From the human T2T-CHM13v2.0 reference genome, Homo sapiens: 64,000 nt of DNA. The stretch lies in the NCBI RefSeq assembly GCF_009914755.1, contig NC_060932.1; one strand, 5' to 3'. Positions within the stretch are counted from its first letter, which is position 1, and each line of letters starts with the position of its first letter. Below the pieces are notes generated by a model. It had not been told where the DNA came from. It ran no database searches and was given only the letters and a program-made list of their open reading frames with translations. The translations under genes and the position numbers were made by a program. Positions 44,571 to 58,332 of the stretch are shown here, piece by piece.

Positions 44571-44859
44571 TTCAATATTTACTCAACTAACTTCCTGAGA
44601 ATATAATATTCTATGAGAATAGATTAATTAAACATATTTGTGGTTTACCATTTGGTAAAATCTATTTTTTTTAAAAAAATTACTCAATTAACTTCCTGAC
44701 AATATCTTATTCTATAAGAATAGATTCTTTAAACATATTTGTGGTTTACTATCTAGTAAATCATTTTTTCAATATTATTCAACCAACTTCCCAAGCATAT
44801 CTTATTTTATGAAAATAGATACTTTAAACATATTTGTGGTTTACCATTTGGTAAAATCT
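44571..44859. repeat. Diverged tandem repeat, 3 copies of ~95-101 bp
   Basis: Invariant core ttaaacatatttgtggtttac in all three copies; whole units align. Confidence 0.93.
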
Positions 44860-44930
44860 GACAGTTGGTAATAAATACAGGTACATATTTTTAAAACATT
44901 GGCATAATTGTTTGAGGAGTTGAGACATTC

Positions 44931-47900
44931 TTGTATTTATTTATTTTTATCTTAATTTCTCCATAAGTTATTGGGTACAGGTGGTATTTGGTTACATAAC
45001 TAAGTTCTTTAGTGGTGATTTGTGAGATTTTGGTGCACCCATCACCTGAGCAGTGTATACTGCACCCATTTGTAGTCTTTTATCTCTCGCCCAACTCCCA
45101 TCCATCCCCCTAAGTCCCCAAAGTCCATTGTATCATTCTTATGCCTTTGCGTTCTCATAGCTCAGCTCCTAAATATCAGTGAGAACATACGATGTTTGGT
45201 TTTCCATTCCTGAGTTACTTCACTTAGAATAGCAGTCTCCAATCTCATCCAGGTCGCTGCAAATGCCGTTAATTCATTCCTTTTTATGGCTGCGTAGTAT
45301 CCCATTGTATGTATATACCAAAGTTTCTTTATCCACTCATTGATTGATGGACATTTGGGTTGGTTCCATGATTTTGCAATTGCGAATTTTGCTGCTATAA
45401 ACATGCATATGCAGGTGTCTTTTTCATTTAATGTCTTCTTTTCTTCTGGGTAGACACCCAGTAGTGGGATTGCTGGATCAAATGGGAGTACAACTTTTGG
45501 TTCTTTAAGGAATCTCCACACTGTTTTCCATAGTGGCTGTACTAGTTTACATTCCCACCAGCAGTGTAGAAATGTTCCCTGATCACTGCATTCATGCCAA
45601 CATCTACTATTTTTTTGATTTTTTGATGATGGCCATTCTTGCAGGAGTAAGATGGTATCGCACTGTGGTTTTGATTTGCATTTCCCTGATCATTAGTGAT
45701 GTTGAGTATTTTTTCATGTTTGTTGGCCATTTGTATATCTTCTTTTGAGAATTGTCTATTCATGTCCTTAGCCCACTTTTGGATGGGATTGTTTTTTTCT
45801 TACTGATTTTCCTGTTTGTTGTAGATTCTGGATATTAGTCCTTTGTCAGATGTATAGATTATGAAGATTTTCTTCCACTCTGTGGGTTGTCTGTTTACTC
45901 TGCTGACTGTTCCTTTTACTGTGAAAAAGCTCTTTAGTCCCAACAATTTATCTTTGCTTTTATACATTTGCTTTTGGGTTCTTGGTCATGAAATCCTTGC
46001 CTAAGGCAATGTCTAGAAGGGGTTTTCCAGTATTATCTTCTAGAATTTCTATACTTTCAGGTCTTAGATTTAAGTCCTTAATCCATCTTGAGTTGATTTT
46101 TGTTTAAGGTGAGAGATGAGGATCCAGTTTCATTTTCCCACATGTGGCTAGCCAATTCTCCCAGCATCATTTGTTGAAAAGGGTGTCCTTTCCCCATCTT
46201 ATGGTTTTGTTTGCTTTGTCGAAGATCAGTTGGCTGTAAGCATTTGGGTTTATTTCTGGGTTCTCTATTCTGTTCTATCGGTCTATGTGCCTATTTTTAT
46301 ACTGGTACCACGCTATGGTACTGTGGTGACTATGGTGACTATGGCCTTATAGTATAGTTTGAAATCAGGTAGTGTGATGTCTCCGGATTTGTTCTTTTTG
46401 CTTAGTTTTGCTTTGGCTATGTGGGGTCTTTTTTGGTTCCATATGAATTTTAGAATTGTTTTTTCCTAATTCTGTGAAGAATGATGGTGGCATTTTGATG
46501 GGGACTGCATTGAAATTTTAGATTGCTTTTGGCAGTATGGTCATTTTCACAATATTGATTCTACCCATCCATGAGCATAGGATGTGTTTCCATTTGTTTG
46601 TTTTGTCTCTGATTTATTTCAGCAGTCTTTTGTAGTTTTCCTTGTAGAGGTATTACCGCTCCTTGGTTAGGTATGTTCCTAAGCATTTTATTTTTTTGCA
46701 GCTATTGTAAAAGTGGTTGAGTTCTTGATTTCATTCTCCTCTTGGTCGCTGTTGGTATATAGAAGAGCTACTGATTTGCGTACATTAATCTTGTATCCAG
46801 AAAATTTGCTGAATTCTTTTTTCAGTTCTAGGAGCTTTCTGGAGGAGTCTTTAGGGTTTTTGAGGTAAACGATCATATCGTCAGCAAACAGTGACAGTTT
46901 GACTTCCTCTTTACTGATTTGGATGCCCTTTATTTCTTTCTCTTGTCTGATTGCTCTAGCTAGGACTTCCAGTACTGTGTTGAAGAGGAGTGGTGAGAGT
47001 GGGCATCCTTGTCTTGTTCCAGTTCTCAGAGGGAATGCTTTCAACTTTTCCCTGTTCAGTATTATGTTGGCTGTGTGTTTGTCATAGATGGCTTTTATTA
47101 CACTGAGGTATGTCCCTTGTATGCTGATTTTTCCGAGAGTTTTAATCATAAAGATGTTGGATTTTGTCAAATGCTTTTTCTGCATCTATTGAGATGATCA
47201 TGTGATTTTTAGAAAAAATTCTTTTTATGTGGTGTATCACATTTATTGACTTGCATATGTTAAACCATCCCTGCATCCCTGGTATGAAACCCACTTGATC
47301 ATGATGGGTTATCTTTTTGATATATTGTTGGATTTTGTTAGCTAGTATTTTGTTAAGGATTTTAGCATCTATGTTCATCAAGGATATCAGTCTGTAGTTT
47401 TCTTTTTTGGTTATGCCCTTTCCTGGTTTTGGTATTAGGGTGATGCCGGCTTCAGAGAATGATTTAGGGAAGTTTCCCTCTTTCTCTGTCTTGTAGAATG
47501 GTGTTAAAAGGATTGGTACCAATTCTTCTTTCAATGTCTGGTAGAATTCTGCTGTGAATCCATCTGATCCTGGACTTTTTTGTTGGTAATTTTTAAATTA
47601 CCATTTCAGTCTCGCTGCTTGTTATTGGTCTGTTCCAGGTATCTAATTCTTCCTGATTTAAGCTAGGAGAGTTGTATTTTTACAGGAATTTGCCCATCTC
47701 TTCTAGATTTTCTAGTTTATGTGCATAAAGGTGTTCATAGTAGCCTTGAATAATCTTTTGTATTTCAGTGGTGTCAGTTGTAATATCTCCCGTTTCGTTT
47801 CTTAATGAGGTTGTTTGGATTTTCTCTCTTCTTTTCTTGGTTAATCTTGCTAATGGTCTATCAATTTTATCTATCTTTTCAAAGAACCAGCTTTTTGTTT

Positions 47901-50900
47901 CATTTAGCTTTTGTATTTTTTTTTGTTTGTTTGTTTCAATTTCATTTACTTCTGCTCAGATCTTGGTTAGTTCCTTTCTTCTGCTTGGGTTAGGTTTGGT
48001 TTGCTCTTGTTTCTCTAGTTCCTTAAGGTGTGACCTTAGAAAGTCAGATTTTGCACTTTCAGTCTTTTTCATGTAGGCATTTGGGGCTATGAACTTTTCT
48101 CTTAGCACCACCTTTGCTGTATCACAGAGGTATTGATAGGGTGTGTCATTATCGTTGTTCAGTTTGAAGAACTTTTAAATTTCCATCTTGATTTCATTTT
48201 TGACCCAATGCTCATTCAGGAGCAGGTTATTGAATTTCCATGTATTTGCATGGTTTTGAACATTCCTTTTGGAGTTGATTTCCAGTTTTATTCCACTGTG
48301 GTCTGAGAGAGTGCTTGATATAATTTCAATTTTCTTAAATTTATTGAGGCTCATTTTAGGGCCTATCATATGGTCTATCTTGGAGAAAGTTCCATGTGCT
48401 GTTGAATAGAATGTGTATTCTGCAGTTATTGGGTGAAATATTCTGTGTATAACTGTCAAGTGCATTTGTTCCAAGGTATAGTTTAAATCCATTGTTTCTT
48501 TGTTGACTTTCTGTCTTGATGACCTGTCTAATGCTGTCAGTGGAGTATTGAAGTCCCCCACTATTATTGTGTTCTTGTCTATTTGTCTATTATGTCATTT
48601 CTTAGGTCTATTAGTAATTGTTTTATAAATTTGGGAGCTCCAGTGTCAGGTGCATATATGTTTAGGACTATGATATTTTCCTGTTGGACAAGGCCTTTTA
48701 CTATTATATAATGTCCCTCTTTGTCTTTCTAAACTGCTCTTGCTTTAAAGTTTGTTTTGTCTGATATACGAATATCTACCCCTCTCACTTTTGGTGTTCA
48801 TTTGCATGAAATGCCTTTTTTTACCTGTTTATATTAAGTTTATTGAGTCCTTATGTGTTAGGTGTCTCCTGAAGGCAGCAGATAGTTGCTTGGTGAGTTC
48901 TTATTCATTCTGCCATTCTGTATCTTTTAAGTGGAGCATCTAGGCCATTTACTTTCAATGTTAGTATTGAATTATGAGGTACCATTGCATTCCTCATGTT
49001 ATTTGTTGCCTCTGTACCTTTGTTTTTGCTTTTTAACTTGTATTTTTGTTTTATAGGTCCTGTGAGGTTTATGCTTTAAAGAGTTTTGATGTGTTTCTAG
49101 GATTTGTTTCAAGATTTAGAGCTCCTTTAAGCAGTTCTTGTAGTGGTGGATTGGTAGTGGTGAATTCTCTCAGCATTAGTTTGTCTGAAAAAGATTGTAT
49201 CTTTCCTTCCTATACGATGCTTAGTTTCACTGGATACAAAATTATTGGCTGATAATTATTTTGTTTGAGGAGGCTGAAGATAGGGCCTCAATCCCTTCTA
49301 GCTTGTAGGGTTTCTACTGAGAATCTGCTGTTAATCTGTTAGGTGTTCATTTATAGGTTACCTGGTGCTTTTGTCTCACAGCTCTTAAGGTTCGTTCCTT
49401 CATCTTAACTTTGGATAACCTGAAGACAATGTGCCTAGGTGTTGATCTTTTTTGTGATACATTTTGCAGGTGTTCTTTGTGCTCTTGTATTTGGATGTCT
49501 AGGTCTCTAGCAAGGCCAAGAAAGTTTTCCTCAATTATTCCCACAAATATGTTTTCCAAACTTTTATATTTCTTTTCTTTCTCAGGAACATCGCTTATTC
49601 TTAGGTTTGGTTGTTTAACATAATCCAAGACTTCTTGGAGTCTTTGTTCACATTTTCTTATTCTTTTTTCCTTTGTCTTTTTTGGATTGGGTTAATTTGA
49701 AGACCTTGTCTTTGAGCTCTGAATTTATTTCTTCTACTTGTTTAGTTCTATTGGTGAGGCTTTCCAGAGCATTTTGCATTTTAAAGTGTATCCAATGTTC
49801 CTGAAATTTTGATTTTTTTATTTATGTTATCTATTTCCTTGAATATTTATCCCTTCACTTCTTGTATCGTTTTTTTGGATTTCCTTGCATTGGGTTTCGC
49901 CTTTCTCCGGTGCCTCCCTGATTAGCTTAATAACTAACATCCTAGATTCTTTTTCAGGTAAACCAGGGGTTTCTTCTTGGTTTGGATCCATTGTTGGTGA
50001 AGTAGTGTGATTTTTGGGGGATGTTAAAGAGCGTTGTTTTGTCATATTAGCAGAGTTAGTTTTCTGGTTCCTTCTCATTTGAGTAGGCTCTGTCAGAGGG
50101 AAGGTCTAGGGCTGAAGGCTGTTGTTCAGATTCTTTTGTCCCACGGGGTGTTCCCTTGATGTAGTACTCTCCCCCTTTCTCTATAGATGTGGCTTACTGT
50201 GAGCTAAGCTGCAGTCATTGTTATCTCCCTTTTGGGTCGAGCCACCCAGCAAGTCTACCTGGCTCTGAGCTGGTACTGGGGTTTGTCAGCACAGAGTCCT
50301 ATGATGTGAACCATCTATGGGTCTCTCAGCTGTGGATACCAGTGCCTTTTTCAGTGGGGGTTGCAGAGGGGTGAAATGGACTTTGTGAGGGTTCTTAGCT
50401 TTGGTGGTTTAATGCTCTATTTTTGTGCTGGTTGGCCTCCTGCTATGGAGGTGGTGCTTTCCAGAGAGCATCAGCTGTGATAGTATAGAGAGGAACCAGT
50501 GGTGGGTGGGGCCCTAGAACTCCCAAGATTATATGCCCTTTGTCTTCAGCTACCAGGGTGGTTAGGGAAGGCCCATCACGTGGGGACAGGGCTAGGCATG
50601 TCTGAGCTCAGATTCTCCTTGGGCGGGTCTTGCTGTGGCTGCTGTGGGGGATGGGGGTGATGTTCCCACATCAATGGAGTTGTGAACGTAGGAGGATTAT
50701 GCCAGCCTCTGCAGAGTCATGCAGGTTGTCAGGGAAGTGGGGAAAAGATGGCGATCATAGGCCTCACCCAGCTCCCACACAAACCAAAGGGTTGGTCTCA
50801 CTCCCACAGTGCTCACACTAACAGCCTCGAGTATGTTTCCAGGCAGTGGGTGAGCAGGGCCTGAGAACTTGTCCCAGGCTACCTGCCTCCCAGCTGTGAA

Positions 50901-51490
50901 AAAAAAGGGCTTGGTTCTTCCCCCAGCTATGGAGTCTGCACACCAGTTTCATGCCTTCCCCCGAGTTCTAGCCAGGAGAGTTCTTATCCAGTTCAAATTG
51001 TTACAAAGTTTAGCTGGAGATTTCCTTCTCCCTGTGGCATTTTCCCCCCACTCCTCTGGCTGCCCTCTCCAAGGATCCCTGTGGTGCCAGGCAGGAATGG
51101 GCTGCTTGGGGACCCAGGGAGCTCCCAAGGTCTTTCCTGCTGCTTCCTCTACCCCTGTATTTCGTTCGGCTGTCTAGACTGACTCAGCTTCAGGTAAGGT
51201 CGGAAACTTCTCCCACAAACAGACCTTCAGTTTCCCCAGTGGGGGTTGTGTTCAGCAAAAGAGGATCTCCTTTTCCCACTTCTGCAATTGGGGTACTCAC
51301 AATATTTGGGGTGTCTCCCAGGTCCTGTAGGAGCAATCTGTTTCCTTCACAGGGTCTGTGGGTCCTCTCAGGATTCCTGGTTTGTTCTTGCAGTTGATCT
51401 GGAGGTAAAACTCACAATGCGAGCCTCTGCATGCTGCTCTGTCTGTCCAAGTCAGAGCTGCAATCTAGTCCTGCCTCTTGTCTGCCATGA
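44931..51490 (-). mobile_element. Near full-length decayed LINE-1 (L1PB1-type 3' end, L1PBa-type 5' UTR)
   Basis: ORF1 remnants 49827-50078 (MRRNQKTNS...) and 49347-49628. ORF2 remnants: endonuclease 48175-48561 (GDFNTPL...SDH), RT 47142-47534 and 46688-47185 ([15 protein letters not shown]), C-terminus 45162-45521. L1PB-type 3' UTR and T-rich tail near 44931-44950. Many frameshifts and stops. Confidence 0.95.
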
Positions 51491-52415
51491 TTGCATTTTA
51501 TAGTTTAAAAAACACTTTATTTTATTTGCAAGAACAGATGCTCTTTATATGTAGCTTAGAAAATGTAGGCAAACAAAAAGAAAACAGTAAATCTCTCCCA
51601 CAATCCTATTATGCAAGGATAAGAATTCTTAAATATCTTAGACACTAGGTTATTTGGTATTCTTACTATTTTTTTCTATTCACAGAAAAATACCTATTAG
51701 TCTTTAAAAATAGAAATATGATTATACTACAATATTGTTTGTAACCTAATTTTTTAAACTCTATATATTGAAAAATATTTTCATTTATTGTTTTAAAATA
51801 GCGTAGCCTTCTACACTAATTCAGAAAATGTCAGCATCAGGATGCGCTGAAAAAATACTCCCATTAAGTAATATAACACTTTTATTTTAAAAAGGATCCA
51901 AGAACTTTACCTGCATTATTAATTTTATCAAATACACACACACACACAAACACACACACGCTCAAAAGCGTGAAGTAGTGAGGAGCATCGGTAACTTGTT
52001 TTATTCTTTTTTCAGAATAAGATCTGAGACAGATAATTACTTGCATAGAAACAGTGATTGTGGGATTTTCTGACTTCAAGTGTCTCTTTTATTAAAATAC
52101 AACTCTTCCCCTGCCACATCAATGGTTATTTGCATATATCATGGGAAAACACTTTCTGATATTTCATAAGAGCTTCTAGATATCTCAAATGCACAGTAAT
52201 AGCTAGGAAAAACTTTCTATATTTTATCTGCCCTGGTTTCACCATTGTTTAGTGAAAGCCTAATCTGTGGTATGAGGACATATTTTAGTGTAAATTAATT
52301 TCACTGACCAGTCAACCCCCACAGTAGTGGTTATTCATTACTTTAATTCATCTATAGACCATGCTTGGAGTTGAAGACTTTGGAGTAACTCTGAGGTCCA
52401 GAGGTAGGGACCTCA

Positions 52416-52719
52416 GAGGGAAGCATCTCTCTTGCATTTGTTTTAATAAGGTCATTAATCCCATTCATGAGGGCTCAGCCCTCAGGACTTAATCCCCTCC
52501 TAAAGGCCCCACCTCTTAATGCTATCACATGGGTGATTAAGTTTTAATGTATGAATTTTGGGGGACATATTCAGGCCATAGCATTCTACCCCAACCCTTT
52601 AAATTCATGTCCTTCTTACATGTAGAGTATATTCATTCTATCCTAGTAGCCCCAATTAACTCATTCTAGCATCAACTCAAAAATTTTTATCTAAATTAGA
52701 TATAGAAGACTTAAGGTAG
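52416..52719 (+). repeat. Local direct duplicate of 55022-55326 (MaLR LTR/internal junction)
   Basis: About 21 differences in ~305 bp by manual alignment, with long identical ends. Confidence 0.92.
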
Positions 52720-52821
52720 AGAGACTTCTGCTGATATGGATGGAGGTTGCATAGGGATCTAGGCACTTTACTTTGGACTAAGTATGCAGATCAAATGGAG
52801 AGAAAGAAATGAGTGAGTGCC

Positions 52822-53270
52822 TGTATTAGTTTTCCAGGGCTGCCATAACAAAGTACCACAAACTGGGTGGCTAACAACAATAGATGTGCATTCTTTCACA
52901 GTCCTGGATGCTGCAAGTCCAAAATCAGGTGACAGTAAGGCTATGCTCCCTCTGAGAGTCTAAATAGAATCCTTCCTTGCCTCTTCCTAGCTTTGATGGT
53001 GGCCGTTGATCTTTGGTGTTCCTCGACTTGCAGCTGCATAGCTCCAATCTCTGCCTCCATCTTCATGTGGCATGCTTCCCTTGTATCTTCACACTGTCTT
53101 CTTACATGGATAGCAGTCCTGTTGGATTAAGGGCCCACCCTCCTCAAGTATGACCTTGTTTTAACTAATTGCATCTGCAATGGCCCAGTTTCCAAATAAG
53201 TTGCATTCTGAGGTACTGGGGGTTAGGACTTCAATATATCTTTTTGGGGGACAAGATTCAACCCATGACA
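52822..53270 (-). mobile_element. MLT1B/C-like MaLR solo LTR
   Basis: tgtattagtttccagggctgccataacaaagtaccacaaactgggtggct...gattcaacccatgaca. Confidence 0.85.
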
Positions 53271-54067
53271 AATAGCATAACACATGTCCCTTAAATATTA
53301 GCTTTGGTGACACTGGAGGAAGAAAATGAAAAAGAAAAAGAAATACTAGGTTTGGATGTAAAGATTCATAAAGTAATGGTGAATGTGACAGCAGCCATTA
53401 CTATGCTTTTCTTGCCTTTTTCCAAATCTACACTTTCTTGATGACAGTGAGGAAAAGGGCAAAAGAAATGATATGATATTTGGTTTTCTGAGAAATAATG
53501 ACCCTTATAAGGTCTAGTTGTCAGAGGTCATTTTTAAAAATAACTACAAAGCCTGTCATTAGTGTAGCCTTTTACAGTTTACAAAACGCTGTCACAGACA
53601 TTATCACTTTGATCCTGATAACATTCCTGTGAATTGGATAATGCAGGTATTCCCATTTTCTCCATTTTACAAAAGTGGAATCAGATTAAAGCAGGTTCCA
53701 CAGCTGATAAATTGTGGCCTCGTGACATCAGATTACTTTTTCATACTACCCACCATACCTCAGGAAATGCAAAAAAATCACTCTCTTTTCTGTGGCGTCC
53801 TACATTATATTTTGCAGGTATATACAGCTATTTCCTTAGGACACATCAACCTGGGAAAGTTGTGGGGGAAGCAATAGAATAATAAACCCATCAATTCTTG
53901 GGAATGACTGAGAAACATTCTCCCCAGATTTTTCAAGTGCCTAGGTACTTCTAGATGGCTTTAGGGTTTTCTGTTCAATCGGCAAATTTAACATGTAGCC
54001 TATGCTTTTCTTCAAGGCTTTCTCTCCACGTCTAACGAATTATATGCACACATTAATCTATACGGGC

Positions 54068-54385
54068 TGCCTTAGTCTATTTGGAGTTTTGTAACAAAAG
54101 ACCTTAGACTGGGTAATTTACAAACAACAGACATTTATTGCTCACAGTTGTGGCAGCTGGGAAGATCAAGGCACCAACAGATTCAGGGTCTAGTGACAGC
54201 TTTCTGTTTCATAGAAAGCACCTTCTTGCTGTGTCCTCACATGGTGGTAAGGGAAGGAATAAGCAAGTCTCCTTAGGGCTCTTTTATAAGGGCACTAATC
54301 CCATTTATGAGAGTAAAGCCTTTCTGACCTAATTACCTCTTAACGGCCCTACCTTCTAATACCATCACCTTGGAGGTTAGGATTT
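54068..54385 (-). mobile_element. MLT1A-like LTR (host of nested insertions; probable remainder at 57466-57514)
   Basis: tgccttagtc...agactgggtaattta...accatcaccttggaggttaggattt, then an abrupt switch to a new LTR end. Confidence 0.78.
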
Positions 54386-54406
54386 TATATTGGTCTATTT
54401 GTGCTG

Positions 54407-54827
54407 TGATATTGTTTGTATGTGTGACCTCTCCAAATTTCATGTTGAAATTTGATAACCACTGTTGGAGATGGGGCCTGGTGGGAGGTGTTGGGGTCAT
54501 GGGGGCTTATCCTTCATAAATAACTTGGTTGCCTTCCCTGCAGTAATGAGTGTGTTCTCACTCTATTAGTTTACCTGAGAGCTGGTTGTTTGAAAGAGTG
54601 TGACACCTCTCCTTCTCTCTCTCTGCTCTCTTTCTTGCCATGTGACATGCCTGCTCCTCTATTGCCTTCCATCATAATTGGAAGCTTCCTGAAGTCCTTA
54701 CCAGAAGCAGATGCCAGTGCCATGCTTCTTGTAAGCTTGGAGAATTGTGAGCCAAATAAACTTCTTTTTCTTATAAGCTACCTAGCCTCAGATATTCCTT
54801 TATAGCAACATAAAATGGACTAAAACA
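54407..54827 (+). mobile_element. MSTB/MSTD-like MaLR solo LTR nested in another LTR
   Basis: tgatattgtttg...ggactaaaaca, 5-bp TSD tgctg. Confidence 0.88.
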
Positions 54828-56656
54828 TGCTGGTATAACAAAATACCACACACTGGGTAATTGTAAACAGATAAATGTATTTCTCACAGTTATGAAGGCT
54901 GGGAAGTCCAAGATCAGGCTGCTCATAGGTTCAGTGTCTGGTGAGGGCCCAGTCTTTGCTTCCCAGATGGTGTCTTGTACCCTGTGCCCTCACATGATGG
55001 AAAAGATAGCAGCACAAAAGGGAGGGAAGCATCTCTCTTGCATTTGTTTTAATAAGGTCATTAATCCCATTCATGAGGGCTCTGCCCTCAGGACTTAATC
55101 TCCTCCGAAAGGCCCCCCCTCTTAATGCTATCACTTGGGTGATTAAGTTTTAATGTGTGAATTTTGGGGGACACATTCAGACCATAGCATTCTACCCCTG
55201 ACCCCTCAAACTCATGTCCTTCTCACACGTGGAATATATTCATTCTATCCCAATAGCCCCAATCAACTCATTCTAGCATCAACTCAAAAATTTTTATCTA
55301 AATTAGATATAGAAGACTTAAGATAGGATTCATCCTGAGACAAATTATCTTTCCAGCTGTGAACCTATAAAATTAAACAAGTTATGTTTCCAAAATACAA
55401 TTGTGTTACAGGTGTAGGATAGCAACAGGAATAAACTGGAAAGAAGAAAGGAGTAACTGGCCCCAAGTAAGCCCAACAAACAGCAGGACAAACAGCACTA
55501 AACCTTGAAGATTGAGAATCATTTTCTTTGACTCCATGCCCTGCCTTCTGGATGCACTGGGGCAGGAGTTGGGTACCTGAGGCCCCAGGCAGCCCTACCA
55601 CCATGGCTTTTCTGAGTTTAGCTCACTCAGCAGCTCCCAGGGGTTGGAGTTGGGTGCCTGCAGTGCTCCCACACTGGCACTGAATGCTGGTAGTTCTATA
55701 GGTCTGGAGTCTTGGCGGACATCTTGCTGTCATGGCTCCACTAAGTACAGCTCTACTGGGGTCTCTCTGGGGTGGTTTCAACCCCATAGCTTTGCTAGGC
55801 ATTGCCATGGCTCAGACGTTATGGTGGCCCTGCCTCTGTGGCAGTTCTCTGACTGGGCCTCAAGGCTCTTGGAGGCATTCTTTGAAATCTAGGTAGAGGT
55901 ACTTACGTCTCTATAGCTTCTGTACTCTGCATGCTTGCAGAGTTAGCACTACATGGATGCTACCAAGGCCTACCTTTTGTGTCCTCTGGAGTGACAGCTG
56001 AAGCCACACTTGGGCTTTGCTTGAGCCACAGCTGGGGCAGCCAAGGGGTACTGCACCAGAATGTGGGGAGCAGAGACTTGAGATGGCTCTGGACAGTGAA
56101 ACTCAAGGTCCCACAGGAGCCCAGGTCCTTCCTTTGAAACCATTCTGTTCTCAAGGCCCTGGAACTCTGGGCCTGTGATGGAAGTGGCAGTACTTATAAT
56201 CTCTGAAATGACTTCAGGGTCATTCTTCCATTGTGTTGATGAATAGTATCTGTCTTTTTTCTGTCCATACTAATTCCTTATCAAACAGTAGCTTGGCCAT
56301 GCCCTTGGTATTCTCTTCCAAACATACTTTGTTATTCCTCACAATCTGGCCAGGCTGAAAATTTTCTACATCTTTAAGTTCTGCTTTTTTTAAAAAATTG
56401 CAAATTCTGTCTTTAATTCATTTTCTTCTTGCATTTTACTCTAAGCAGTCAAGTGAAGCCAGATAACTCCTCCAATGCTTTGCTTGTAATTTTTTTCCAC
56501 CAAATATCCTAGTTCTTTGCTCACAAGTTCTGCTTTCCACAAAGCATTAGGACATGGATACAATTCAACCCAGTTCTTTGCAACTTTATAACAGGGGTAG
56601 TCTTTCTTCCAAGAAAGGTTATTTCTGTTACACGTTTCTGTAAGACCTCATCATAA

Positions 56657-57031
<375 letters not shown>

Positions 57032-57519
57032 TAAGTAATCTCTAAGCAGATTTAGGCACTCCCTATAGCTCTTCTCTTCTTCTGAGCCCTCACCAGAATA
57101 GCTGTTTATGGTTCAGCCTCTACTCATTATCCAGTTCCAAAGATGCTGCCACTTTTTTAGATATTCATCATAATAACATAGCACTCACAGTACCAATTTT
57201 TGTCTTAGTCCATTTGTGTTGCCATAACAAAATACCACACACTGGGTGATTTATAAACAGATACACTTATTGCTCACAGTTATGGAGGCTGGGAAGTCCA
57301 AGATCAAGGTGCTGGTAGGTGCAGTGTCTGATGAGGGGCTGGTCTTTGCTTCCAAGATGGTGCCTTGAATACCGCGTCCTTGCATAGTGGAAAGGATGTG
57401 AAGGCAAAAGGGAGGGAGACAGCTTCCTTATGCCTCTTTTATGAGGCTATTCATCTCATTCATGAGATTTCAACATGTGAATTTTGGGGGAACACAAATA
57501 TTCAGCTCATAGTATCCCC

Positions 57520-58075
57520 TAGATCTTACACAAAAGGTGACATACTACAGTCTTTTGGACCTTGCTTTTTTCACTTAACAATGTATCTTGGAAGTCTTTA
57601 CATAACAGTGTATTGAGATCTTCTTCATTCTATGTTACACTACATAGTATTCTCTTATATGAATGTACTATTAATTATTTAACTTGTTCTCTATTGAAGG
57701 GCATCGGGGTTGTTCTAAGTTATTATTATACACAATGCTGGGGGGAAATCATGTACACACATCATTTAGTTAAGTACATATGCAAGTATATCTAGGACAA
57801 ATTCCCAGAAATGAGATTGCTGGGTCAAAGGATAAATGCATTTGTTATTTTGATAATTCTTGCCAATTGTCCTCCATAGTAGTTGGGCAAATTTGCAATC
57901 CTTGTTGCATGGTATGTGTTTCCCCAAAACTTTTGCCAATACAGTACATTGTCAAAATTTTAGATTATTTTCTCAACTTGCTTAGGATGAGTAAAGTGAG
58001 CATCTTTCCATATGTTTAAGGGCCATTTATATTTTCTTTACTGTGAACTGTTAATGTCCTTTGCCGTTTTCAGCT
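57520..58075 (-). mobile_element. L1ME-type fragment
   Basis: ttgcttttttcacttaacaat...aaattcccagaaatgagattgctgggtcaaagg...gagcatctttccatatgttta. Confidence 0.7.
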
Positions 58076-58332
58076 GGATTATTGGTTGCTTTTACATTTA
58101 GATGCATATTATGGTATTTAATTATCTTAAGTATACAACTAGCAGATGTTCAATGCAAAAAAAAATTAGAAAATAAGAAATGCAAATAACCTTCGAAATA
58201 TAAAATTACTCTGATAACTCTCCAAATGTGCTATATGACTTTTAGGTGTATTTCTGTGTACATACACATTCATTTTTATAATATACACATTGTCAAGTAA
58301 TCCCTTTTTTCACTTAATAAATCATGAACACC

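Noticed and set aside
44571-44859. CRISPR-like appearance (constant 21-mer at regular spacing)
   Set aside because: The intervening sequences are homologous to each other rather than unique spacers; primate context and no cas genes.
45162-50078. ORFs with endonuclease, reverse-transcriptase and ORF1 motifs
   Set aside because: Broken fragments of one decayed L1, not a functional or novel RT system.
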